A DNA stretch of 60,483 bases, filler included, from Sphacelaria rigidula (taxonomy: Eukaryota), in the NCBI GenBank assembly GCA_964200075.2. It is 10 parts of 10 records of this genome, joined end to end, with 100 filler letters (N's around TTAATTAATTAA, not from the genome) between each part and the next. Parts side by side here need not be neighbours in the genome. Positions count along the whole stretch, not along the records: positions 48,468 to 54,425 come from CAXNAA020023216.1; positions 54,526 to 60,483 come from CAXNAA020023217.1; 8 more parts are not named here. One strand, 5' to 3'. The position numbers were made by a program, and so were the translations under genes. This document shows positions 49,521-60,483 of the stretch, in pieces (the first letter of the stretch is position 1; every line of letters starts with the position of its first letter). The notes below the pieces were generated by a model that saw nothing but the letters and a program-made list of their open reading frames with translations, was not told the DNA's origin and ran no database searches.

Positions 49521-51484
49521 ATTAGCAGCCGATCGACCAAAAACCTGATGTTGGGGAAGACACACACGCGCTTATGCGCAGTGCTATGGGATAATGTTTT
49601 CTGACGCTACAGGCACGTGCAGTAGCTCACACGAAGCGCCGTGCCCTTGTGACGTATGCCAGGTGTGCACTCGCCGCGCGAAGCAGAATGGAAAATGAAC
49701 AATGTTTCGCGGAGGTATGGGTGGTCGGAAAAATTGTACGAGTACAACAGTATCTTAATTAATCTCGTCTTGATTGGTACTGTCGCATGTACTCTCGCCT
49801 CATGCGATCATGCACAGTTAACAGCCGTCGTTCACCGAAATTCCACGTACCCTAGTGAGGCGGCCAGCTTTCGACAGGTACATCTGATGTATGTAGTCAT
49901 TTCCCCCCTGCATTGGACATTCAACCTCTATTTGATTCGTTGCGCGCAGTGTAAGCTAGCATCTGTTCTGAATGTGTCGTCTTGTCTTCCTTTTTCAGAT
50001 GTACTACGACACAGTGCCAAAATTCTCGCCTTTCCATCTTCATGTACGGTTCCTCTATTCAGTTTCCAGATGACTAGCAGGACCCACCACGCGATGGTGA
50101 ACTAATGATAAGCTGTACAAGTATATTGACATTTCGATATTTCGGCATAATGATCAACGGGAATTACCAGAAGCACGCACAGCCCGATATTCACAGTAAA
50201 AAACAAAATATTTAGTTCATCACCGGACATATGCTCAACAAGCCGTTGGTGCTTTTTTGGAGCTCGTTGGTGACAGCTTCAGGCACCTTTGGCTTAAGGC
50301 GGAGACACATCATAGCTCCTTTTCAACCATGGCGGTAAGAACGTTTAGCATCTATCCTCGAGAGCCCGCGTGCTGTCACTGTTGTCGTGGTGTTGTCGAT
50401 CGTAGTCGGTGTCCATTGCGAGGTTGCCGTGAGCTTCACTTGTCCGTTTTAATTGATACTCTCACACCTTGGCTCCGTATATGCACAGGCGTCCAAAATC
50501 GTACGGCGCCAGTCAGGCAAACCTACTGGAACAAGTTGATGGGTTGTCCGTCATTCCTTTCCCCCTTGTCTGTGTTCCTCACCCCCTTCCGTGGAATCGA
50601 TTCTTTCACTGTATCAGCTACTAACATGTGAGGTCCGTGCCAAACACTACTCTACCCTCCCGACTGGTTGAGACAGTACTTGTGGGGCATGACAACAACT
50701 TTTGGCTGTATTGCCAAGTGCACGGCGGAACTGGTCTACAACGCACAAAACAGCGAAGTGCTGAGATGCACGTAGGCAGGAAGTTGTGATCGTGTCTGCA
50801 TGCATGTCGCGGATCCCTACTGCAAAAACAGACTGCTGTGTGTACCGTTCATCGTTCATCATGACCCCTGTTTATTCAATATGTTATGTTCATCGTTCGT
50901 CACTTCGCGTTGATGGAGTGAAAACCGTTGCAAACAGAACACCGACAGTTTGTACGTACATGGGCTCACCGTCGGCTGTAGAGACATAAACATCACGCGA
51001 AACACACGCAGATACTGGAGTAAGGCCGAGCATGGACAGCTTACCTTCCGAAACACCTGCGAGACCACTACCGTAGTCTAACTTTCACCCCGAGGTCTGA
51101 GAACGCAACGGATGTACCGCACACGCCAGCGCCCAGCGCCCGGCCTTTTGAATTTTCAAAGTTGGGGATAAAGATCTAACCGTCACTCTCACGGCAGCAG
51201 CTGCGACGTGCACCTAACAGCGCCGTGTTGTACTGTTGCAGGCGTGCTACTAAATGCTGTAACCACTCCCGCATCCATACATCACCACATACACTGTAAT
51301 GTTAAGCGTTGCTTGTAGTGCAGAGGATGGCGTGGGCTGTTTTCAGCCGCTGGAACGCTAATGGATATAGTAAACGACGACTACTTGTGTGCGGGTTTTC
51401 GGGGTTGTTGTTTTTTCTTCAGCGAAGGAGGAAACCCAAACTTACCCCGCAAGCGGGTTCGTGTACCGAGTACCCGAAGGCTCG

Positions 51485-51666
51485 GCAAGACTGCCTCGCG
51501 GCAGATAGTGTTGGACTCGTGACATGCTATGTGCTGCGGTCCATGCGTACCCATAGTTGCATGTTGCCCTGCTAGACTACCTCGCGGCGAACGGTGTTGG
51601 ACTTGTGACGCGTGTTGCAGTCCATGCGCAACCACAACCACAACAGTACAGTTGCATGTCACCCTA
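51485..51666 (+). repeat. Diverged tandem duplication with a period of about 85 bp
   Basis: AGACT(G/A)CCTCGCGGC....GTGTTGGACT(C/T)GTGAC...GTCCATGCG...AGTTGCATGT..CCCT occurs twice. Confidence 0.75.
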
Positions 51667-54311
51667 TTCACGTGGCCTGAAGCTTTTCAGGATTCACTCT
51701 TGCAGGGCAAGCGGAACGACCGACATAGGTACACAACTTGTAAAACTCTGTGCGCTCTAAACTCGATCTGTCGTTCCTAATATTTTGTATTAACCTGGAG
51801 GTACGCCAGCGTTGCTGTTGAGTCAGTTTGTTTGTTGATCAGCATTGTTCCATTTACAGTGATGCCGAGGCATTTGACAGTTATTCTAATTCATCATCCA
51901 CGGCAACAAGTGGAGACGGTCATGCTCCAAGGCCTAAAATATGGACAAGACTGGAGCAGACGTCCTCGGAAGAGAGGTATCCACATCAGCACGAATAACT
52001 GGCACTACGAGGCAGCGAGAGCTCCACATCTCGACCGGGTGGGCAAGCAGGTATGTCGCTGCGTAGATGGGTAGCATTTGTTGTCCAATATAGGTAAGTG
52101 CAACTAAAGGCTACAGACAAGTTCGTGATTCGATCGCATGTGGTCCGCCTGTATGCGATGTACACCGTCTGTACAACGTAGGCCGTGGTGTGAGAAGGAG
52201 TAGGCGCATAGACAGAGGGTGCAACGTCCTCGCTGCGGTGCGGGACGCTCTGCGATGCAACGGCACATGACGCCATGCTACTGTCATGTATGCCTCCTCA
52301 TGTGGCGCACAACTACTGTCTGACATCATTTTCATGCGAGTACAGTACTGTCTGTAGTGATGAAGTGTTCCTGAAACATATGAGTCAACGGCAACGCAAA
52401 CCCTGTGCCACAATCGTCAACACGGCCTGCACTGGAGTGATAACACTGACCCTTATTTCGTACTGCATGTATTACGTGCGAATGGTATGTGTCGTACCGC
52501 ATCCCACGTGTAGCAGTGCCCGCCAGATGTTGTCAAATGCTCTTCAAGGGCATGAGGACGCTGCCCCACCGTAGCACGGCGATGATTGCGGCATCAGCCA
52601 GTTGCACACAAACATATTTTATTAGCTTGATGTGTACCACCATATCGCCGCGCGAAATGAGAACGTTTCCGTGAGCCATGGCCCACCGCTTGTGTCGCAC
52701 AGGGTTACATTACCTCTGCAGCTGAAAAATCTATTTTCCGACGGTTAATAACACCCCCTGAAAAAAGGTTTTTGGACGAGATATTCCCGACAGATAGATG
52801 TAAAGTCTTCTGTCCCGCGACGGAGCTCCTTTCTTCTCAACATGCACGTATTTCAGCACATGACAGCGGGCGCAAACAGTCGTATGTGATAAGTTGCCAA
52901 AACACAAGTCCGAGTCGGGATGCCACGAACGAAGTCGTCGATCGATTTCGGTCCAACAGCCATGACTGCGCGGGTGTGCGCTGTGACAAGGCGGACCGGA
53001 CTAATAGCAAATGCTAGTTGCCAAAAAACGCCAGTCGCCCTCCTTCATTTCTTCCACAGTTGTTGCCCGAACAGGTACAATGTCAGCAAACATTTGAGTA
53101 GTACATCCAACGTGGGTTTGAATGAATCGATGATTGAATTTGAGGGTTGAGATTTTAATAGTGGGTGAGACCCCGGATCGTGAAATGTCCGTGTCCACGC
53201 CAATTCAATTCGTGTAACTACGGCTGCATTCCTGAATCAAGTGCTTGCAAATGCGAAGCACCATGCGCCCCACCAATTTGAATCCCGATAACCGATTTTT
53301 TGGGGTCCTAGACGAATTTTGGTGTGGTGGGATGTTCGTCATCCGACCAAGAAAAACGTTCGGGACCCCAATATTTCGGTTGTCATCCAAAATTGTCAGT
53401 GTGTGCCAGCTGTCAATAGATACCTGTCAGCGGCAGAAGTCTCCCATATTTCGCTAAACCGGAGGACGAGTGCAGCATGCAGCACATGGCCCTCGCCATG
53501 TGCTTTCCAATAATCCGCGTGGCAGTAAAGGTAGCCCGTGTGCTTGGTTCCATTCACGATCTGTACCACACACAACGAGCTCCGTGCAATAAAAAAAAGT
53601 GCAACCGGGCATCTTTCGTAGAGCCTACCGTACGGACTTTTTAGAACTGAAAATGCAAGAGTTATTGCTGTGATTCGTGGTTGACAGGGCGGGACTCCTG
53701 CCCGTATGTTTGACATTCGGTCGATAAGACAATCACCATCCCTCACCCGGTCCGGCGGAAACCCGGCGTGCTCAATCTCGGCATTGTAGGGATGCGAAGT
53801 CAGTGACCTTATGACTATTATAGCATGCAAGGTCATGAGTACACCGCCCGGGTCGGATGTTACCCAAATTGCTTTTGCTATCGCTATGCATTCCATCGGG
53901 CGCAGGTGGTCACGATTGCAGCGGAAGACCAGTGTGCGTCGGCGAAGAGGGGCTGCCATCTCCAGTGGAAGTGGCGGTACACCCCGCGTGCGAACCCGGC
54001 TGTATGGCGACGGGTGAGCGCAGGGACGCGGCGGTCCGGCGTTCGCCCCAGTTCGCGCGGTCTAATCGTGATGCCACTTCCGGGCATGAGCTGTCGTCGG
54101 GGAGAACCAGCGACGGCACACCGGTCGCCGACGGCGAGCGCCCTACCTCGTTGGCGGGCGGCACCCGCCGACTCAGTCGCCGACAGTGTGCTGCGTGAGG
54201 GGGAGGGAATGCTGGCGGGTTTCCTGTTAGGGGCACAACGGCCGATTCCACCTACCTCTACAGATGAACTGTGTGCTCGGGAGGCCGACGTGCATACCCC
54301 GAAAAGGCGGA

Positions 54312-54425
54312 AACGTGTGTCGTTGCCACGCGAAAAGGCGACTTGTGGTTGCACAGAGACGTGGCCAGCGCGCCTCGTTTCTGTGCAACCACAAGCCGCC
54401 TTTTCGCGTGGCACCGACACACGTT
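54312..54425. repeat. Near-perfect hairpin: 50-bp arms (47/50 complementary), 14-nt loop, running into the contig end
   Basis: 54312-54361 versus the reverse complement of 54376-54425. Confidence 0.92.
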
Positions 54426-54525
54426 NNNNNNNNNNNNNNNNNNNNNNNNNNNNNNNNNNNNNNNNNNNNTTAATTAATTAANNNNNNNNNNNNNNNNNNN
54501 NNNNNNNNNNNNNNNNNNNNNNNNN

Positions 54526-54806
54526 GGTGCTCCGTCTCGAAAGGGATGCGTGGTCAATGGTCAAATGACTAAGGCAAGCAACGAATGAGTACGCTCCCCC
54601 TCAGAAAAGCGACCGGTTTGAGGAGGCGAAACCTTCATATTAGTCAAGACGACAAAGGCCGAGCACACCAAGCAGCTGGGAAGTCTCACGCTGGGGGTCG
54701 TTTATTCAATATCGCCCATATGAGGCGCCTTATGCGGTCTGAAACCAGCTTTCGTGCCTTGCATGGAAATTTTAGTCGTGACAGTATTCTGGTTTGTTCG
54801 GGGGGC
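54526..54806 (+). mobile_element. Family A: inverted long arm followed by core
   Basis: CTCCGTCTCGAAAGGGATGCGTGGTCAATGGTCAAA..ACTAAGGCAAGCAAC.AATGAGTAC, then CCCCC and core. Confidence 0.8.
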
Positions 54807-56607
54807 AAACAGCGGCATACCTCCTGCGGGAGTTGTGGTCTAGGGTGTAGCGAATACTAATACTACGGAAGCCAACGAAGGGACCGTTCTTGGCCAATTC
54901 CTGAGTATGTAAAAAACGCTGTAGCTTCGCCGGATGATGTCGGATCGGTGGCATATTGCTCCGCAACGCGGAAGGTATTTCACTATTGTGTGGGTTTATC
55001 AACATAGCAAGAGCGGCCGTGTATCGAGGCAAAGGTAGGTTGATCTTCTAAGCCCGTGGAGTCGTCCCGAGGATGGGGGGTTACAGGTATACCAAAGTAA
55101 AAATAAAGGACGTGTCCACCGTGCAGATTGGAAAAACTAGGAAGGGCCCAAGATCTGAAAACAGAGAAAGAGGAAGAACGAGAGAAGGGCTACGGACATT
55201 TTATTAACCTCGTTTACCATCCACACTCCGTGCTCGGCCTTGAACAGACGTACGGGCTCTACGGGGGGGCTCGGTTTGTATGCTGTTGGTGAAGCGAGAA
55301 GGCCTCGTAGAGAGGGTTTGCGCGTATCATAATTGTTCATGCGCAGAAACAAGGCACCCAGCATAACACCGTCTCGTTTCCCTTTTCTACGAGTTTTCAA
55401 CCCTGCCCTCCATCGGGATGATTCCGTACATCAGCCATGCTACGGTAGGGGTTGCACATTTTGGCCCAAATCTTTCTCATTTAGGGGTTCCAAAAGTTAG
55501 ATGCTACAGAAGAATCGGGGTCAGGACGTCCCCGTTTTCAAACTAATTTGGGATATCCCTAGCCCATTGAAATGCTAATCGCGGTCGCGTGCTCTGACAT
55601 ATTGCATACGTCTTATTTTGGATGAGATAGAGGGCTCCTAACGGTTCGGACCTCAGAAAACATTTGTGCACCTCTGCTGTACCATCGCCTCCTCAAACGT
55701 GACCGTGCATATAGAATAGTGTGAGGACACGCATCAGGACGATACATGGACAAAAAGCACGTACACCCTCCTTCCGAAACCATTCCAAAACGGCTGCTGT
55801 GTGCCTATCGGCTTAATGCATTGCTCCTGCTGATCGTCAATGTACCTTATAGCGTCCACTTACGCATGTGAAACACAACCTCCAAGACCGTAAGTGGACA
55901 AAATCTCGGAACAGAACGTGGGCGACCGCCGCAGGGTTTAATTGTAGCAACGTTTGGTGTGTGCGTCGTGCGTATACTAGCGCGTATTCCCCGATGCTAT
56001 ATCATGCTGGATGCAACGTTTTGTCGTCCATGTGCCATCGAAGGAGATAACGACTTGGGATGCAAGTAAACGTCGACAATTAGCAACGGTGGGATAATTT
56101 TCTTCCAAAACTGCGTAAACAATTAATACTGTAGTTTACCTGGTAGTCCTATTCCTCTAGCTCGACTCAGGGGTTGTACGTTTTCGTAAATGACTCAAAT
56201 CTTCTGGAACCAATACCCTCATAATCGTGTGGTTAGAAAGGAATGATATCGGCGTACCAAGAGCGAATAATATCTCCTCCGGCGTGCTAGTAACAACCAT
56301 ATCACAGACCTCTATAGCTTCCCTCTACACACACGGATGTTCCCGAACTTGAGAGTCCGGGGTAACGACAAGTCTCATCGAATTCGTTTTCGATCGAATG
56401 AAAAGGTGCGGCGGGATTGATTCGATTGAATTTGCTCGTTTTGCGTGTTTTTTTTCCCAGCGAATTTGCAAGCGCAAAAGGGAAAAAGAACGGTGGAAAT
56501 TGCGAAGCGGTACTTGGTCACTTGTAGTCAGTGCAGAGAGTAGGTTATTGACTTAACTGTCTGTCTGCGTACAGTGTACATGTGTGCATGTGTGTGAGAA
56601 AGAGAGA

Positions 56608-56859
56608 GAGAGATGCCGCGACATCCTCCCAACCCAAAGCCAGTCCCAAAACTGTCACGAAGAAAATGGTCACATAACGCATGATAGCTGGTTCCAGATT
56701 GCATGAACCGCCTCATGTGGGCGACATGGGCGAGACCGATCCCAAGCGTCGGAGTTCCCAGCTGTTCGGTGTGCTCGGTTGTCGCCGATATGATTCGCAT
56801 GTAGAGTTTGCCTCTTCAAACCAGCCACCTGTCAGGGAGGGGCCCTCGCGGCATCACTC
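56608..56859 (-). mobile_element. Family A core (reverse) flanked by GAG(T/A)GATGCCGCGA inverted arms
   Basis: GAGAGATGCCGCGA ... TCGCGGCATCACTC around a reverse-oriented core. Confidence 0.75.
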
Positions 56860-57694
56860 GTGCGTGTGTGTGTGTGCGCGCGCGTGCGCGCACGTGTGCG
56901 TGTGTGTTGGTACCGTAGGATGTAAAGAGAGAGCGAGCAATGTGCAATACACATAGTACGTACTGTCTGTACTCTGCATAATGTAGGACGCGAAAAAGAT
57001 TTGAACAACGCGTAGGGTTGTACTGTATGTACGTTCATCCAATCCACCACGAAATTTCGTCGCCTACCCCTACCATAAGAGAAGATGCTCAAGTTTTCGC
57101 CCACAAAAAAGAAACGCATCACGCCACGAGGGTCATGGTACCGGTCTCCAACTACTGCAGTGTATGTTTCCATTTGCTCAACTCGTGCTCTATGCTGCAG
57201 GGTTGCGGTAGTAGCTGCGAATGAATCGTGTGGGGTTTGCGTTGTTCTGTGAACGGGTCGAATCTGGCATGGTGGTCTCCACGGTAAGAATTTAAGTCCC
57301 CTTCGTGCCTGTCCGCCGCATGTTTTCGATCGAAAAAGCCAAGGGTCCATATGAACCCCTGACCGCGAGGGTACGTCATCTGGGTTATGCATGATTTTTT
57401 CATATAAAATTGATGCCGGCTCAATAGATTACCTGTGCTGGCTGTCAAAGGTTTAGGTCATGTCTTATCGAGACAAAAAAAAAACGGGGAACAAGAACAA
57501 GCACCCAAGAGCATCATGATGATAGATCGCCGGGGAGGGTCTACGGCTGCGGCGATTGATCAACGTGCCGCTTTTGGACGCTTATTCCCTGTCCCGCTTT
57601 TTTTTTTCGTGTCGAGAGGATTTGGCCTTAACGATATCAAAATAAAAGCACGCAATGGAACAAAACAGGCGTCCAAATGAAGCATGTTGGAAGC

Positions 57695-57947
57695 TTTTTA
57701 CGAGAGCCACCCCCAAAAAAGTGACTAGTTTGGGGAGGCAAAATCTTCACGTAAATCGAACTGAAAAAAAGCCGAGCACAACGAGCAGCTGAGAATTTCC
57801 ACGCTTGGGTTCGTTTTCGTCAATTTTTGCCCATATGAGGCGCTCTTTGCAGCCTAAAACCAAGCATCAGGCGCTGTATGATCATTTTCTTCGGGACAGT
57901 TTTGTGCCGTTCTTTTTTTTTTTTGGGGGGGGGGGTTGTCGTAAAAA
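57695..57947 (+). mobile_element. Family A core flanked by TTTTTACGA / TCGTAAAAA arms
   Basis: Close match to 37882-38155 including arm type. Confidence 0.75.
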
Positions 57948-58468
57948 CATCCGTTGACTGGTCGCCGCGCGGGTCTATGGTTGCGGCGACCAATCAATAT
58001 GCCGACTTTGGACGCGCGTTCTGTTCTACGCTCTTCTGTTGGTCCCGTTAAGATGGGTCCTAAGTCTTTCCATTTTTGCCTCCCGGTCGCGCGCAAAGAA
58101 CTATTAGCAAGAGTTGAAGTCAATTGAATGACATGAACGACGCGGACCTCTCAGATCGGGTTTTTCTTTTCACCGCCGCACATTTATCGATATAAAAAAC
58201 CATATAGCGCGCCCTAATCCTAAGCGCGCGCTTCCTTTTCTTTTTGATATTGACCTTAAAACACGAACATCCAACCTTCAAACAGTTCCGACTTTCTTGA
58301 AAAGGTAGCCCTCTCTGCGCCTGCAGATTGACAGTCATCTTCAAGTCGACACGATGCCGACCTAAAACACGACTGGGTTGTCAAAAAGTAAACTGGTCGA
58401 GATAACATTTTTCGCACCCTGCCTTGGCTTGGCCAACCACCTGAGTGGGTGATTGAGATGTATGATAC

Positions 58469-58780
58469 CTCATCTGATCTTGAGGCGGCCTGCCGACCCT
58501 GTCTCCCTTCGGGGGAGCGATGCAATCTTGATCCTCTTGAGCTAAGGGTACGTCGTCCGATGTTTCGCCCGCTGCCACCAGCGGTGGACGAACCACGAGA
58601 CATGAGCGATGGAGATAATCTACTCGGCGATGTCGGAGCGGCAGCGGCGCTATCGACCATACTCGTCATTCTTGTTGTTGTCGCGAGCCTGTCGCTGCTG
58701 CTGCTATTGTTGCTGTTGTTGTTGTGGACTGGCCCTTGTTGCTGGATTGGTTCCGGGAAGCTAGACTGAATTGCCGCCAT
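58469..58780 (-). CDS. Candidate first exon of an unknown gene with a Ser/Asn/Gln-rich disordered N-terminus
   Basis: AAGATGGCG start context; open frame MAAIQSSFPEPIQQQGPVHNNNSNNSSSS...SRSDE, then possible donor GAG|GTATCA; no recognisable domain. Confidence 0.35.
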
Positions 58781-60483
58781 CTTGAACAATCACCGACGCA
58801 CTCAAATCTCAAATGTTGTGGTGAAATGACAGCTTGGCAAGTGAGATTATGTTGCCATGCAGGACAACCATCTAAAGGCAATAACCGACCGTAATATGGT
58901 TTTCTTGAAGACACTAGCGTTAAGTCACGCCGACAGCATAGTAACACCGTGCGCTGAACAGTACTGTCCTGTAGGGCGGTTCCTCTCTCGTCCGTGCGAT
59001 CCCGCTTTGTCCCCGAGAATGCTGTCGTCTGTAAAGTGCATGTACCCGTGCACCGGGTTGCCAAGTCCCAAGGTGTGAGCGTTTGCGTATCAACAGCAAT
59101 CTTGCAAGGTCAGGTGATGACCACAGATACGTAATGATCGGCGTTGAAACACAATGGCGACAACTGTGCGTATTGTACGTAGAGCACAGCGAGTGAGATG
59201 CCGCATTAGGGACGCATCGTGATGCCATGAGATCATGTCATCCAACGCGGTGTAAGTGCTGCTGTTTCGCGGTGTAACTCGATCTTGAAACTTGAAAGAT
59301 AACACACTTTCGCGCGAACAGGAACAAGAAATAAGGAACCCCTGCTCGAGCACCAGTCCCGTACACGACTACAACGTATTTTAAGTGCTGAGAATTAGAG
59401 CAGCGTTTCACAAGCACACAGTGCGCGCTAATCAATTCCTCTCCTTCTGTATCTTCGTGTTTTTTGCATTGCTCCGGGATACGAAATGCCCAACTGTGAC
59501 CACGGGTCTGAGCTCAGATTTACGTAGAACATGTAAAAGTAAGAACTCAATTTTCTGAGTGAGGGCCGGAAAGAGGGTATCAAGTACATCATTGATCGGG
59601 TAGACGGAGCGATCGTAGCTGGGGGCGGAGATACGTATTGAGGTGGGTGAACACTCTGATTGGATAATATTCGAAACTCTAACTATATTCTAGTGTTATT
59701 TCCAACAGGCAACACCGCCGCTACTACACAGAGACAGGCACCAGTTCAAGCTCTCCGGTATGGTAGGGAAACCTTGGCATTACGGCGTATAACACCCCCT
59801 GGCACGAGATAAGATGGCGACTTTCAACCTCCATGTTCTCGGAAGTGTCCATAAATCACGCAGTCAAAGATGGGTATTTATGTCATAAGATTATTTATTT
59901 CGTATTGCTTAGACAATCCAAGTCTCTTGAAACTTTGAGGTTTAGTTTCTGGAGGTCATAGAGGGCTAAAACATGTTGTGAACCCGGGGTGTTGAACCCC
60001 GTGAGCTAAGGTGTGTACCGTACGATATACGCGCTGCTACTTGTAGGGAAGCGGTGGGGTCCTTGCCCTTGTGTGCCAGGGGTTAATTGGATGACATCAC
60101 ACATCATTGTAGTCGGTACCGTGCCCCACCTTTGCCTTATTTTGTAGTAGCCGTTTCACTTTCTGAATGCTTGCGCCGTGAATTTACGGGGCTGGCCGCT
60201 CCTCCCCCACCTGGTGACACACTACGGCACAGCAGGCTGGTACCTTGTCGGATACTCTGAATTTGCACCTGTTTTTCCCGTGTGTTGAAGCACAAGTTAC
60301 TTTCTACAGGGCCTTGTGTGTCTGCAGCTTCGCGATAGATGTCCACTTCCTTGACATTGTACTGTCTGTACTGTAGTTTATATCTACACTGTCTACTCAG
60401 CGTTGTTCCCGTTCAATAGTATGGAGGCTTTTTTCGGGGGAGGGTGTACTCATGATCATGCATGCCATAGTAATAAGATCATT

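Noticed and set aside
60137..60362. Exon on the minus strand (YNVKEVDIYREAADTQGP...)
   Set aside because: Weak acceptor, no recognisable protein, and no convincing donor.

Overview
This window is not one locus. It is ten unrelated eukaryotic contigs of near-identical length (3 x 5959 bp, then 7 x 5958 bp) joined by nine artificial 100-bp spacers (N44-TTAATTAATTAA-N44), so nothing can be linked across spacers. The DNA is repeat-rich and has GT-AG introns. Gene content and repeat style suggest a brown alga (Phaeophyceae); this is inference from recalled sequence style, not a database result. Host genes: one exon of the dynein-2 (IFT dynein) heavy chain, four in-phase exons of a GT11/fucosyltransferase-like gene, and a few weaker candidate exons. 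Mobile DNA: a decayed Ty1/Copia element, a nearly full decayed Ty3/Gypsy gag-pol, two further Gypsy fragments, a pogo-type transposase relic, a LINE fragment, a tRNA-derived SINE family, (AATC)n-tailed retroposon ends and several MITE families (TTAA/piggyBac-like, CACAC-ended, TA-inserting, and a modular core with interchangeable arms). The most unusual observation is a Gypsy integrase whose C-terminus carries a chromodomain followed in frame, past a single TAG, by a Tudor-like domain that the ORF track misses. No CRISPR, rRNA or intact tRNA gene was found, and most ORFs in the track are spurious.
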